Assembly (NCBI GenBank): GCA_041740975.1
Contig: JBGSKV010000114.1
Location: 1-53,236, forward strand
Direction: 5' to 3'
Length of the DNA stretch: 53,236 nucleotides
DNA from: Oligoflexales bacterium
GTDB lineage: Bacteria > Bdellovibrionota_B > Oligoflexia > Oligoflexales > JALZUQ01
The translations under genes were made by a program, and so were the position numbers. Below are positions 28,336 to 38,672 of the stretch, piece by piece (within the stretch, counting starts at the first letter, position 1; every line of letters begins with the position of its first letter). The notes beneath the pieces were generated by a model. It saw only the letters and a list, made by a program, of their open reading frames with translations. It did not search any database and was not told the DNA's origin.

Positions 28336-28626
28336 TTAAGCCTGGTCAGCAAAATAAGGTATGCGACAGCATACAATAGATTCGCCAATAAGTTTTGCAA
28401 TTTCTTCCGGCCTATCATGCAATGAACAAAGGGTTTTGGAGTCAGGAAAGTTAAAACCGGAAGCTTCTACTTTTTGCCTCAGCTTTTCAATGGCATCAAG
28501 CGCCTTCGTGCTAGTGCCCATGTGTTCATCCTTAGACAAAATTTCCATAGCTGTTTTCAAAACACCACAAGCAAAGTTTTGATCGCAGAACTGACAAGCG
28601 TTATGTTCATTTTTTTGCACGCTCAT
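28336..28626 (-). CDS. Small hypothetical Cys-containing protein
   Basis: 96 aa. CQFCDQNFAC plus a CC pair. Confidence 0.35.
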   Translation of the reverse strand: MSVQKNEHNACQFCDQNFACGVLKTAMEILSKDEHMGTSTKALDAIEKLRQKVEASGFNFPDSKTLCSLHDRPEEIAKLIGESIVCCRIPYFADQA

Positions 28627-28812
28627 GGGACCTCCGTTGTTCTATCTTTAGACTATAGAATGCAATGTCAGTGCCATGATGAGATCAACCTTGTTGAGCA
28701 AGACAGAAATCAGTTCGCGATTATAGCGCAGTTTAGAGTGAAAAGACGCAGAAGTGTAGAATAGAATATGATGGAAGGTTCAGTGATTTGATAGAAAAAG
28801 TGGTACGGCAAC

Positions 28813-31527
28813 TCAATTTTTGTGACACGGAGTCGTAGTCTTTAAAATATTTGACGTTCCATCCGAGAACATTTGTCCGATTGCCATAATCTGGCTCCCA
28901 TTCTCTTTAGAGCAAGTATCCATAACCGCTACGTCACGAAGTGTTCCCATACACGTACTTGCCAAAGTGCTCTTCAGTTTTTGCAAACTGTCGTTATAGG
29001 TTGTTTCGCCCTTTGCAGTATTACCGCTACAATCCTTGGCGTTCTTATTGGATGCATAGAGAACAAATCGATTTGCCAGCTGCCGTTCATCGGAATCACG
29101 TGAAAGATTCAAATTTAGTGTCTGCAATGAGTTTTGGTAGGTGTCAATAAACACCAAGACATTGTCAGAACGTAAGCTCGCATTCGTAAAATGTTCGCCC
29201 TCAACGGAAGTCAAGTCGTGGGGTGTGCCACTGATATTGAATGAACAGTGGGCCGGAAAACAAGGTAGACGTTTTGCGCGAACTGCTAATTTTACTTCGT
29301 ATCCGCCCTTTGATTTTGGTTTTGCAATAAAAATATCGCCCGCCTTACCTTCGACGATGACGATTTGGCCGTCTTTACCTACTGAAATGGACTCGACCTC
29401 ACATAAGTGCATGAGCTTACCCGTACTAGGGACTGTATATGGTTCGCGGAAGCTAAATAGCGTTTCAATGCTACCGTTTGCTTTGATGACTTTGAACTTG
29501 GTAGGTGTTTGGCAATAAACAGAATCTTCGTATGACATCAAGACATCCGTGAAGATGACATCCGTGTCATTCAGAGCTCCAATATTTTCGGCAACGCCTT
29601 CTATATGGCCATTTGATTCGCCAGTTTCTGTATTCTTATGCGCAAGAACTTCCGGTTTTTGATTAGGTCGAACTCGCACAATCTTATTGTTAAGTGAATC
29701 GCGTGGAATAAAAAACAAAATGTCATTTTCCAAAGTGACAAATGAAGACACACCCCATTCTTCGATACCCATATACTGATCTGACCACGAATCCGCAAGA
29801 TCTGGGAAGGAAGAAGGTTTGAACTGAGCTTTGACCATGGAATCTTTATCGTGAACCCTCAGAATATGCCTCGAACGCTGATCATAAAACTGCAGATTGC
29901 CATTCGCTGAAAAGCTTAAACTTGAAGGTGATACGATCAAATGCGAAGGAGGCATTTCCTTAAACACATCGGAGCTAACATACGTAACAACAGGTTGTTC
30001 GTTGGCTTTGACTTTGCCAAAGACGTAGTAGAATTTTGCATTGTGCCACTTCACTTCTGCGATATAAATTTCGTCTTGAAACTTAATCAATGGAATTTGA
30101 GGCATGGTATAGGAAAACTGATAAGTTGGGTGATTAGGGGGGGTCAACTTCGTTATCTCTGGGGCGATCTCACTTGGTACCTTAACCACGCTTTCAACGC
30201 CTGTTATCGTATCAAAAGCCAAAAGTTTTTGTGTACTGTTTGGCGTGAAGTAGTAATACTGTCCTGCTTTTTTGATGTCACTAAAACTATGCAAGTTAAA
30301 GGTTTTTTCACCAGTGACGACCTTCTCGCTCCATGTTTTCTTGTTCAAATCAAAGAGGTATGTTTGACCATTGAATGTGGTACCATTAACTGTGAAATCA
30401 GTATCCAAATGTATGAAGATAGATTCGTCGTCATGAGCGATGACATGGAATGAAATGTATTCGATCCCTGGCCATTTTTGGGCTATTTCAGCAGGCGAGC
30501 CAAAAAGTTGTTCAACCGACTTCGTTTCCAGGTTCAGCGCGAATATTCCGGCTCTCTGATAGTTGCCAGCCGAAAAGTAGTAAAATTTTCCTAATACGAC
30601 GCCAGCCTTGGAAATCTGAAAATCAGTTGGCAAAAGTGGAGCTAGATCAATAATGACAGGTGGACTCTCAAAACCAAGTTCAATTAGTTTTTGCTCGCTT
30701 TGGGCGAACACCTTGTCTTCGGAACAAGCCAAATAGGGTTCCTTGAACTTTATTCTTAAACGATGGGTTGGATCTTCTTGCAGTTCTTTGAGTTGGCCCG
30801 CGTAGTGATAGCTACGATTACTGTTCAAATCTAGAAAGTAGATGTTGGTGCCTTTGCTGTAGAAAATTCCGGATTTGTGAGCGCAGTAACTTTGCGCACT
30901 GCCTCGGCCGAAGTCTTCCGGGCGAAACGATTCACGCTGAAGTCCTAAAGCAATAGAGTTTTGTTCTTTGAGTTCTTCAGGAGTTGAAAAGACGCCCAGT
31001 CCGAAGGCTGGCGTAAACCCGACACCCACTTCAACGGAGTAAGGCAACAAGACATCGTCCGACTCGGACTTTGTTTTCTTTTGCAGACTAAACTTCGCTT
31101 CAAACTTTAGACGAACAACATTTGCCGTGACTAAACACTGTAATGTAAATCGTCCGGCGCCTTCACTGCATGATAACGAGTCGTAAGTACCTTGTTGAAC
31201 CACTGGCGCTAACCATGCAATACTGAGACCTTTTTCGATTTTGTCGGCAAACTCTTCAGACCCTGCGGCGTTGATGGCAACAGTATAGCAATTCACTTCA
31301 TATTGTTTTTGACTCAGGTCCTTGATCTTGTATGCGCAACGAACTCGACTATTGTGATAGGTGAGTTGTGCGCCTGTTACGGGAACGGGTAACTGTACAA
31401 CATCTTCACCGTCACTGCGTTCATTCAAACTGGAGAGATCCGTACAACCAAAAATGAAAAAACCAAGTATCCCAAGGTAAAATGGGAACCATTTTATTGA
31501 ACTGTTTTTTGAAGCAGCCATTGTCAT
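28813..31527 (-). CDS. Large hypothetical lipoprotein (904 aa)
   Basis: Signal ...LGILGFFIFGC. No recognised domain. Confidence 0.5.
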   Translation of the reverse strand: MTMAASKNSSIKWFPFYLGILGFFIFGCTDLSSLNERSDGEDVVQLPVPVTGAQLTYHNSRVRCAYKIKDLSQKQYEVNCYTVAINAAGSEEFADKIEKGLSIAWLAPVVQQGTYDSLSCSEGAGRFTLQCLVTANVVRLKFEAKFSLQKKTKSESDDVLLPYSVEVGVGFTPAFGLGVFSTPEELKEQNSIALGLQRESFRPEDFGRGSAQSYCAHKSGIFYSKGTNIYFLDLNSNRSYHYAGQLKELQEDPTHRLRIKFKEPYLACSEDKVFAQSEQKLIELGFESPPVIIDLAPLLPTDFQISKAGVVLGKFYYFSAGNYQRAGIFALNLETKSVEQLFGSPAEIAQKWPGIEYISFHVIAHDDESIFIHLDTDFTVNGTTFNGQTYLFDLNKKTWSEKVVTGEKTFNLHSFSDIKKAGQYYYFTPNSTQKLLAFDTITGVESVVKVPSEIAPEITKLTPPNHPTYQFSYTMPQIPLIKFQDEIYIAEVKWHNAKFYYVFGKVKANEQPVVTYVSSDVFKEMPPSHLIVSPSSLSFSANGNLQFYDQRSRHILRVHDKDSMVKAQFKPSSFPDLADSWSDQYMGIEEWGVSSFVTLENDILFFIPRDSLNNKIVRVRPNQKPEVLAHKNTETGESNGHIEGVAENIGALNDTDVIFTDVLMSYEDSVYCQTPTKFKVIKANGSIETLFSFREPYTVPSTGKLMHLCEVESISVGKDGQIVIVEGKAGDIFIAKPKSKGGYEVKLAVRAKRLPCFPAHCSFNISGTPHDLTSVEGEHFTNASLRSDNVLVFIDTYQNSLQTLNLNLSRDSDERQLANRFVLYASNKNAKDCSGNTAKGETTYNDSLQKLKSTLASTCMGTLRDVAVMDTCSKENGSQIMAIGQMFSDGTSNILKTTTPCHKN

Positions 31528-31764
31528 ATTGTAAAAACCCCATGAGCTAAGACTTCCATCGGACGAAGGGAGTGCGGCCCTTTAGGGCAATATTAAGACG
31601 TCTTTTTTTTGTATTGATATCAGTGAGATACATCATGAACTTGGGCTATTAAGGTTTAACACTGATGTGGTATGAGAGCGATTTGGGGAAGCCGTCTTAA
31701 CTGAAAATACGAACAACAGCGCCAACTTAAGAAATGAGACTCGGACCGGAGGCTACCAATATAC

Positions 31765-32418
31765 TTAGTCCGCGAAACAGTTTACAAGCGCATCTGAAGT
31801 ACGTGGATCGACGACTGGTACCGCCGAAAAATCTTCGTACATGTACCAATGATCGTGAAAGTAGAGTGAGTAGTTGTTTGGTTTTTTGCAATAACGAGTC
31901 GGAGGTCGGCTTCCGAAAAAGTTCGAATCAACGCCTTCTTGCCAAGTGAGAGAAGTGTGCGATGACAACATGCTAAGAGTAAAACAAGTGGCGCGATTTG
32001 TAGGACCACCGCTTTTGCAGCTTCCCGGGCTCAATTGATAAAAATATCTGAGATTCTCACAATCATTCATCTGAAGACCCATATCGTCTTGTGGTAGAAG
32101 GGGAAATGCACCATTGCAAAAGCTGAGTGTCTTTCCGCCATCATCAAGTACTGGAGATAGTTCAGTGAATACACCCCAAGTGCCGCCTGGATAATACGAA
32201 GTTTCGGCATGGAATCCATGTGCTGCTGTGGCAATGATGCGGCCATTGTATTGCATTTCGGCCCTAGCAGCCTTGATCTTGAGTGTGATGATATTGGGTA
32301 AAGCCATTGACACAACTAACATAATAATCGAAATGGCAACCGACAACTCGATTAGTGAGAAGGCGGACTCTTTCCGCAAACCACCTATGTGAAAAAAACT
32401 TTTCAAGGTTAGCTCCAT
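31765..32418 (-). CDS. Type IV pilin-like / pseudopilin protein (prepilin N-terminal methylation motif, atypical Ala at -1)
   Basis: SAFSLIELSVAISIIMLV with Glu at +5. Paralogous to ORF 33108-33647. Confidence 0.5.
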   Translation of the reverse strand: MELTLKSFFHIGGLRKESAFSLIELSVAISIIMLVVSMALPNIITLKIKAARAEMQYNGRIIATAAHGFHAETSYYPGGTWGVFTELSPVLDDGGKTLSFCNGAFPLLPQDDMGLQMNDCENLRYFYQLSPGSCKSGGPTNRATCFTLSMLSSHTSLTWQEGVDSNFFGSRPPTRYCKKPNNYSLYFHDHWYMYEDFSAVPVVDPRTSDALVNCFAD

Positions 32419-32767
32419 ATGACCTTTCTTAGGCCCATCTCTATCCTATAAGTAAAGGATCGCTTACTTTTCAAAAAAATGTAGTAATTTAAAAAAAGAC
32501 TTGCAAATCAAATGCTTAGATTGGGGCGAGACGTACTCCTCCAACTCCTGTTGATCCGGCATTGTCATCTGCGCGGTGAAATCAGACTGACCAAACTGAT
32601 GAGAAATAATTGCTTCATATCTAAATCATATTATGAAGCCAATTCACTTCCAATTGGGGATAGGTAAGGGTTTGGCTCGTGACATCTATTCGTTCATTGG
32701 CCATTCTGATAAAATGGAAAAAGAAATAATAGATGAGCTGAAAAAAAAGAGACGGGGAAGCATCTAT

Positions 32768-33043
32768 ATGAAAAATTTACAATTTCTTAAGATGGCTTTA
32801 GTCATAGCGATGACTGGGTTTTTGGCGGCTGAGATCAGCGCACAAGAATATCAGGATCGCAGTAGGCAGACCCTCTTGGGCACCCACACTGTGCTTGAAA
32901 GTTTGGACGATAAATCTAAAACCGAATGTGAACGAACATGCCGCCGAGAGTATACAAAATGTTTAGAGCTATGTTCGGACCCGGTTTGTTCCGAGATATG
33001 TCGGCAAGAATACAGAGTATGTCTTGAGAGCTGTGAAATTTGA
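32768..33043 (+). CDS. Small secreted peptide with four CxxxC pairs
   Basis: MKNLQFLKMALVIAMTGFLAAEISAQ signal. Mature peptide has CERTC-x6-CLELC-x4-CSEIC-x6-CLESC. The ORF-track start at 32633 is upstream read-through. Confidence 0.4.
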   Translation: MKNLQFLKMALVIAMTGFLAAEISAQEYQDRSRQTLLGTHTVLESLDDKSKTECERTCRREYTKCLELCSDPVCSEICRQEYRVCLESCEI

Positions 33044-33107
33044 TTCGGCGTTAAATGACTGATTTTATACTTTGGAAATAATACGTAATCAGTCGGGTGT
33101 CCCCTGA

Positions 33108-33647
33108 TTAAAAACATTCTTTAATGGCGTCTTTTATGTGGCTGAGGACTTTGTTCTGGTCGATGCTCCAAGAATCCATTTTATTGCACCAGGCGGGAAG
33201 TATGCCTGATTGAGCCGGCTGTTCGGGAAAGGGAAGAAACGGTGATGCTTCTCGGAAAGCGATTGCTCTAGAATGTGCGTAGCCGGCAAATTCGCCGTTA
33301 CCGAATGATTCAAGGCCATAGTAATATCTTGCCTGCGGGCAGTTCGTCACCACAAAACCTAATTCATTCTTCTCGCCACATTTATCGCCATTCAAGCCAC
33401 CATTATAAAAAACAGGTTCGAATGGTGTTGAAAAAAGGTGATCTGGGTTTTCGTCCAAAAAAGCCGTGGTCAATGTATAAATGACACTTAAATTCTGCTT
33501 GGCTTCGACTTGCTTGGCCTTAGCAGAAAAGATGACAAACTTCGAGTGAGCAAAGGCGACTAACACCGCAATGATGCTGATTACGACCATTAACTCAATC
33601 AAGCTAAAGCCTTCACATCTATTCCGTTTTAAACTTAAATAGCTCAT
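33108..33647 (-). CDS. Type IV pilin-like protein (canonical G/FSLIELMVV prepilin motif)
   Basis: MSYLSLKRNRCEG|FSLIELMVVISIIAVLVAFA. Confidence 0.65.
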   Translation of the reverse strand: MSYLSLKRNRCEGFSLIELMVVISIIAVLVAFAHSKFVIFSAKAKQVEAKQNLSVIYTLTTAFLDENPDHLFSTPFEPVFYNGGLNGDKCGEKNELGFVVTNCPQARYYYGLESFGNGEFAGYAHSRAIAFREASPFLPFPEQPAQSGILPAWCNKMDSWSIDQNKVLSHIKDAIKECF

Positions 33648-33748
33648 GCCGAGGTGTCGGTCATAACCGACCGAATGTTTAACTACATTGTTTAACTTAA
33701 TAATTGCAGCGAGATAGGTCGAAATCCACTCGACTCTATGCGCAAGGA

Positions 33749-36022
33749 TTACTGAAAAATATCGGTAAACTTTACTTTCTCTCCTGCCACCGCAAATATT
33801 GTCGGCGGAAAGTTTTTCGTGTTCTCTAGTAGAGTTTTGTAATACTTAGCATATGCCTCTTCGGTTTCGTCAGGCTCGATCAGTCGCATACCCATCAACA
33901 CCAGGTCACTGTTACGCGAGGCTTCAAAAATCCCTTGAAACGGATTGCTATGTACAAAGACGTGGTGTTCGGCCACTATCCGACTCTTTTCCAAATATTC
34001 TTGCAGATAGGATTCGGCCGAGTCTTTTTCAGACTCGGAGGTAATGACTGAGTTTAAGCTTAAGATGGATCCGTACCATTCAGGACTGTTTTGCAGCAAA
34101 TATCCAAGAGCCAACATGAACCCAGCGTTTTGGCGCTCTCGCCCCCACCAAACATCAATGCGTCTTTTCTTGGAGCGAGGTTTATGATCCACCCCTTTGC
34201 GAAAAACTACCAAGTTGCGATTGTTCTTGGCCACCACCTTCAAGACATGTGCAAACTGTGCAATCGTCGCTTCTTTCTTGGCGTCCCCAACAACGATGGT
34301 GTTGGGGACGAGCGGACCCATTCCATAATTGTTGATCATGGACTCCAAGCCATCAGGAACCGAGTCGCTACTGACAATTTTGACCAGGGCAGGGACATGA
34401 TTTTTGTGCATAAAATCTTTGAAGCTTCTTTTCAGGCTATCACTTCGACGGTCTTGTTCTGAGTCTTTAGCGACGACGGCAGCAACTGTCAAAAAACCTT
34501 TTCCGTGCGAAATCGCATCCGCAAGTTCAATAAGATACCAACGAGTCGTGGGCGTTCCACTGAGAACCAAAAAATGGGGGCGCCAGGTTTTGGCGTCAGG
34601 CACAAGCTCGTCAAGCTTGTAAACGGAGTAGCGTGCCAAAAGCATGAGAATGCTTCGTCGCATATCACCCCATTGCGCGCGCATTTTGCGTCTTTGCATC
34701 AGGTAATAAACCAAAAACGTCAGGAAAATAGCTATGATCGTCGCACCGGGATCGATCATAAACATGGCCGCACAACAGCCCGCTGCACCAGCGAGTGAAA
34801 GTGTTGCAGGGGTTCGAAACTTGGGACGCCAAGATGGGGTCGATATAAGTCCTTCCATTCCGGCGACGAGATTGAGCGCGCCGTAGGAAGTCAAAAAGAA
34901 CATGGAAAGTATGGGTGCAATGGCATTTAGATTTCCGAGCAAAACTCCAGCCAGTGCAATGATAAAAGTTATGACCGTGGCGATGCGTGGCTCATCCTGC
35001 GGACCAAATCCCGTTGCTAAAAAAGAAGGAACAACGCGGTCGCGTCCCAAGGCTTGCAAGGTTCGAGGCGCGCCCAATATGCCGCCCAGTGCGCTAGAAA
35101 GCGTGGCACCCCAGATTCCGGCCATGATTAAAGAGCCGTATGCTGCGACGTCGCGCAAGATCATCGAGTTTGTTTGCAAGGTTTCCGAGTCGACGCGTAG
35201 ATAAAGAACATAAGGAATGGCCATATAGACGACATATCCCAACACGACAGCAGAAATGGTGCCGAGTGGCAATGACTTTGCCGAATTCTTTAAATCTCCA
35301 GACATCGAAAGGCCAGCTTCGACTCCCGTGACAGCCGGAAAAAATACGGCGAATACGACCCAAAATCCCGCTTGGCGCGTGAGTTGCTCGGTTGCTTCCA
35401 CTGGGTTGATGGGGACATTGCTATTGCCCATGAAAAATGAAACGAGTGCGGCGATGATGAGAAGAAGAATGAAAAACTGGAACTTCAAAACAGCATTAGT
35501 CGAAATGTAGGCGACGACCGTCAAAGCAACCAATGCAACTGCAGCAATAAAAACGGGGTTCAGCTGGGGGATGAGGCTGGCGATGGACTCTGCAAAACCA
35601 GCCAAGTAAAAAGAGATCCCTAAAGCTTGCGCCAAATAAAGAGGAATCCCAACAGCAGCACCAGCTTCCAATCCCAGCGATCGCGACACGATGTAATAGG
35701 CCCCGCCACCTCCCACTTTCATGTTGGTGGCTGCGGCAGAAATCGAAAGGGCAGTGATAAAGATGAGGCCAGACGCCAATGTGACGATGACAAAAGTCTG
35801 AAAGATCCCGACATTGCCGACGACCCATCCGAGTCGCAAAAACATGATAACGCCAAAAATCGTCAAAAGACTCGGAACAAAAACCCCTTTGAACGTCCCA
35901 TATCCTAGCGAATCTGCCTGAGGATTATTCTGCTTCGACGTTGGCGTGTCCGCGAACTGCGTAACCGGTACTTTTTTGGGTTTGATCCGAAAGAATTTTT
36001 TTAGCATAGGCCTATGATACAT
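33749..36022 (-). CDS. APC-superfamily amino-acid/cation permease fused to C-terminal tandem UspA-like domains
   Basis: 12 TM permease core followed by about 300 aa of USP-like sequence. Confidence 0.6.
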   Translation of the reverse strand: MYHRPMLKKFFRIKPKKVPVTQFADTPTSKQNNPQADSLGYGTFKGVFVPSLLTIFGVIMFLRLGWVVGNVGIFQTFVIVTLASGLIFITALSISAAATNMKVGGGGAYYIVSRSLGLEAGAAVGIPLYLAQALGISFYLAGFAESIASLIPQLNPVFIAAVALVALTVVAYISTNAVLKFQFFILLLIIAALVSFFMGNSNVPINPVEATEQLTRQAGFWVVFAVFFPAVTGVEAGLSMSGDLKNSAKSLPLGTISAVVLGYVVYMAIPYVLYLRVDSETLQTNSMILRDVAAYGSLIMAGIWGATLSSALGGILGAPRTLQALGRDRVVPSFLATGFGPQDEPRIATVITFIIALAGVLLGNLNAIAPILSMFFLTSYGALNLVAGMEGLISTPSWRPKFRTPATLSLAGAAGCCAAMFMIDPGATIIAIFLTFLVYYLMQRRKMRAQWGDMRRSILMLLARYSVYKLDELVPDAKTWRPHFLVLSGTPTTRWYLIELADAISHGKGFLTVAAVVAKDSEQDRRSDSLKRSFKDFMHKNHVPALVKIVSSDSVPDGLESMINNYGMGPLVPNTIVVGDAKKEATIAQFAHVLKVVAKNNRNLVVFRKGVDHKPRSKKRRIDVWWGRERQNAGFMLALGYLLQNSPEWYGSILSLNSVITSESEKDSAESYLQEYLEKSRIVAEHHVFVHSNPFQGIFEASRNSDLVLMGMRLIEPDETEEAYAKYYKTLLENTKNFPPTIFAVAGEKVKFTDIFQ

Positions 36023-36134
36023 GGGGTGTACCTACAGGCAAACGAATAACTCTGGAAGCATCTAAATTTAATGCACTCAAAAATCTGAGGATCGGGTGAG
36101 AACTTTATAGCTTAGGAATTTAGACTCCTAGAAA

Positions 36135-36512
36135 CTATTTTGTTTCTGACCCGTCATCAATATTGGCTTCAATAGGATCCGATAAGGTTTCACCGGGGGC
36201 ATCGCGCAAGGTTTGGGAGGTTTTATCCAGCAATCGGACAATTTTGTCGGTCGCTGCATCCAGCGCCTCTGCTACGGAGCTGGCTTCATGACTGACGTTC
36301 AATGGTCGAAGACCTGCAGGACGGACTTCTATAAGGCAACGTTTGTCGTTGGAGTTCGCTTTTGTATTTCCATTTTCGTCACTCAAATGAACTTCGACTC
36401 TGGTGATCCAATGGCTGAAACGCGAAAGGGCGCTGTTCAAAAGATCTTGCACTTGATTGTTTAGGCTCTCGCCGCCTTGAATATTCTTATCTGTGTTGAC
36501 CTGAATTTGCAT
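36135..36512 (-). CDS. hpf: Ribosome hibernation promoting factor (HPF/RaiA family)
   Basis: MQIQVNTDKNIQGGESLNNQVQDLLNSALSRFSHWITRVEVHLSDENG... is a classic sigma-54 modulation / HPF fold signature. AAGGAG sits 6 nt before this ATG. The ORF track extends upstream. Confidence 0.75.
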   Translation of the reverse strand: MQIQVNTDKNIQGGESLNNQVQDLLNSALSRFSHWITRVEVHLSDENGNTKANSNDKRCLIEVRPAGLRPLNVSHEASSVAEALDAATDKIVRLLDKTSQTLRDAPGETLSDPIEANIDDGSETK

Positions 36513-36656
36513 AAGCATCTCCTTGTTGAGGAATTCATACCATAAAAGAGGGCTAAATTCTGCCTTTTTTGCAGATAGGGAACACATTCACCAAGTTACT
36601 TTGAAATGAGGAGCGGGAGGAAAGGGCGAAATCTAAAAGTTATACATTTGATATTA

Positions 36657-37436
36657 TTATGGCTGCTGCTTTTGCTGCTGCTGATTCTGGATTTGCTGAT
36701 CTTGGATGCCTTGCTGTTGTTGTTCAGACTGTTGCTGTTGCTGTTGTTGCTGTATTCTTATGAGTTCTCGCACATTTCGTCTGACTTCTGGGGTTTGGAA
36801 ATTTACCGAAACATCGATTCCTATGCTGATAGTGTCTTCAAAAACTTCATTCTTTTCCTCTTCTTCTACTTCACCTTCGGAAGAAAAATTTGTGACGACA
36901 TCACAAGTCATTTGAAGTGATTGATTTGAAAAATTGCAACCAATGGCTGTGCCCTTAAAGGTTGTGCTAGGAGGAATCCACTCAATTTCAAGGCCTGGGG
37001 TAACGGATTTTACATCTTCCAAAATACCAGCTGCGGACTTGGTTTTGATTCTGCAGTTCAGTATAGATTGCGCGAAGCTTGGCCCGATGGCAGTTTGTTT
37101 GTCTTCGCACAGGAATACGCCCGATTGAGCGGTAAGATGTCCACCAGAAACGCGTCCTGGATTTACAGCGCGATCAATTTCGTCGCTAGTCGATGAGGAC
37201 TCGATAGATTCAATTTTCGAAGTCGTTTTGGACCTATTTTGCGAGCTAGAGACTTTTTTATCATTGGCATTTTCCGTTTGTACGGAATTATTTTTCACCT
37301 GATTCGTAGTAAAGTTGTCGTTGGCGCCGAGATGCGCTAGCGTACGGGAGTTAGATTCAGTTGAATAACTACCGCTGCAAGCTGCTAAAAAGCTCAATAA
37401 TGCAATTAGTCCAGAAATTTGAAAATGTGCATACAT
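36657..37436 (-). CDS. Lipoprotein with Ser/Asn-rich linker and poly-Gln C-terminal tail
   Basis: MYAHFQISGLIALLSFLAACSGS lipobox. C-terminus QQQQQQQQSEQQQQGIQDQQIQNQQQQKQQP is encoded by (CTG/TTG)n. Confidence 0.5.
   Translation of the reverse strand: MYAHFQISGLIALLSFLAACSGSYSTESNSRTLAHLGANDNFTTNQVKNNSVQTENANDKKVSSSQNRSKTTSKIESIESSSTSDEIDRAVNPGRVSGGHLTAQSGVFLCEDKQTAIGPSFAQSILNCRIKTKSAAGILEDVKSVTPGLEIEWIPPSTTFKGTAIGCNFSNQSLQMTCDVVTNFSSEGEVEEEEKNEVFEDTISIGIDVSVNFQTPEVRRNVRELIRIQQQQQQQQSEQQQQGIQDQQIQNQQQQKQQP
36661..36760. repeat. Imperfect trinucleotide (CTG/TTG)n simple-sequence repeat (codes the poly-Gln tail on the minus strand)
   Basis: ggctgctgcttttgctgctgctgattctggatttgctg...ctgttgctgttgctgttgttgctg read directly. 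Confidence 0.7.
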
Positions 37437-37624
37437 GGACAGACTTCCTTTGAAAACCGATCCTATGCCATCGGCAGAGTTGTACGCAATATTGTATTTT
37501 TTGTAGCTGTTCTGATTAATCGTATGAAGTTGACAGGTTAAGCGGACTGGGGGGAGCCTATTTGTCAGCCTATCCAAAGACCAGGGGAGTGTTTCTATTG
37601 GTTTAGATTTGCCAGACCTGGTTA

Positions 37625-38518
37625 TCAACAACCATCATTGGTCAGTGCAGCACTTGGTTTTTCAGATGCATCTGTGGTCGTGATGTCGGCACCTTGAGAG
37701 ATGGCGTCTTGAATAAAACTTTGAATGCTAGCGCTGTTTAAGTCTGCATAAGCGCTTTGATCTATATTTCGATTGGTCTCGGATGGTCCTCCACCGGACA
37801 AAACACCGGCGATTTTCCCATCGACAAATAATGGACCACCCGAATCGCCCGAAGCAGTCCCGGTATTTTTTGAGTAAAAACTTCCGCCTGAATACGGACT
37901 GAGGATAGCTAGTCCAAAAGATTCGACGTTGAGCGTATTAAAACCAAATTGCTTCGAATCGATTAGACTCGCTTGCGACGGATCGACTTTGTCCATACCA
38001 AAACCAACCACTGTGACTTCTTCTCCAGAATTCACTTGCCGGTCTATGATAGGTGCCACGGCAGGCGCAACAGTCTGAGAAAAAATAAGAATGGCCACGT
38101 CTGCGCGCGCATCTTGTTTAGTCCAGTTTCGATTGTTGATATAGGGATCTTTGTTCAGAACCTTTGTCGCTGGAATAAAGCTCGCCATCACTTCTTGGTC
38201 GTTCGATCCATTGGCATAGATTCTAGAGGCTCGACTGATCCCAATCGTTTCATTAGCCGTGATACAGTGAGCTGCTGTGATCACTGTCTTGGGACCAATA
38301 AAAGTTCCAGTGCAAGTTCCCATTATTTTTCCCTGTTTGTCTGTGGAGATAAGCAATGTGACTTCTGGGTAAGCTGAGGTGCTTTGGCCATGGACGATAT
38401 TGAAACAATTTGCATTGGTGGTCAATGCGCCGCGTTGTGGCAATATAACTTCTTTTTGCGTCGATGAGCACGCAAATGAAAGACAAATCAAAAACGCACT
38501 TAAGATGCGAATGAACAT
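37625..38518 (-). CDS. Secreted trypsin-like serine protease (S1 family)
   Basis: Signal/lipobox MFIRILSAFLICLSFAC. Catalytic motifs TAAHC and GDSGGP. Confidence 0.75.
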   Translation of the reverse strand: MFIRILSAFLICLSFACSSTQKEVILPQRGALTTNANCFNIVHGQSTSAYPEVTLLISTDKQGKIMGTCTGTFIGPKTVITAAHCITANETIGISRASRIYANGSNDQEVMASFIPATKVLNKDPYINNRNWTKQDARADVAILIFSQTVAPAVAPIIDRQVNSGEEVTVVGFGMDKVDPSQASLIDSKQFGFNTLNVESFGLAILSPYSGGSFYSKNTGTASGDSGGPLFVDGKIAGVLSGGGPSETNRNIDQSAYADLNSASIQSFIQDAISQGADITTTDASEKPSAALTNDGC

Positions 38519-38672
38519 CTGTTTAATCCTCTAAAAATAAGATTGGTCCTATACTAATATCGGTAATGAGTATGGTGATTGTGACTAAATGCTAAAAGAC
38601 TCGAAGTATCGGTGTCTTATCGCAGTGAGTTTCCGCAAAGTTGGATGGTCAGAAACGGGGAAATTTTCAGAT

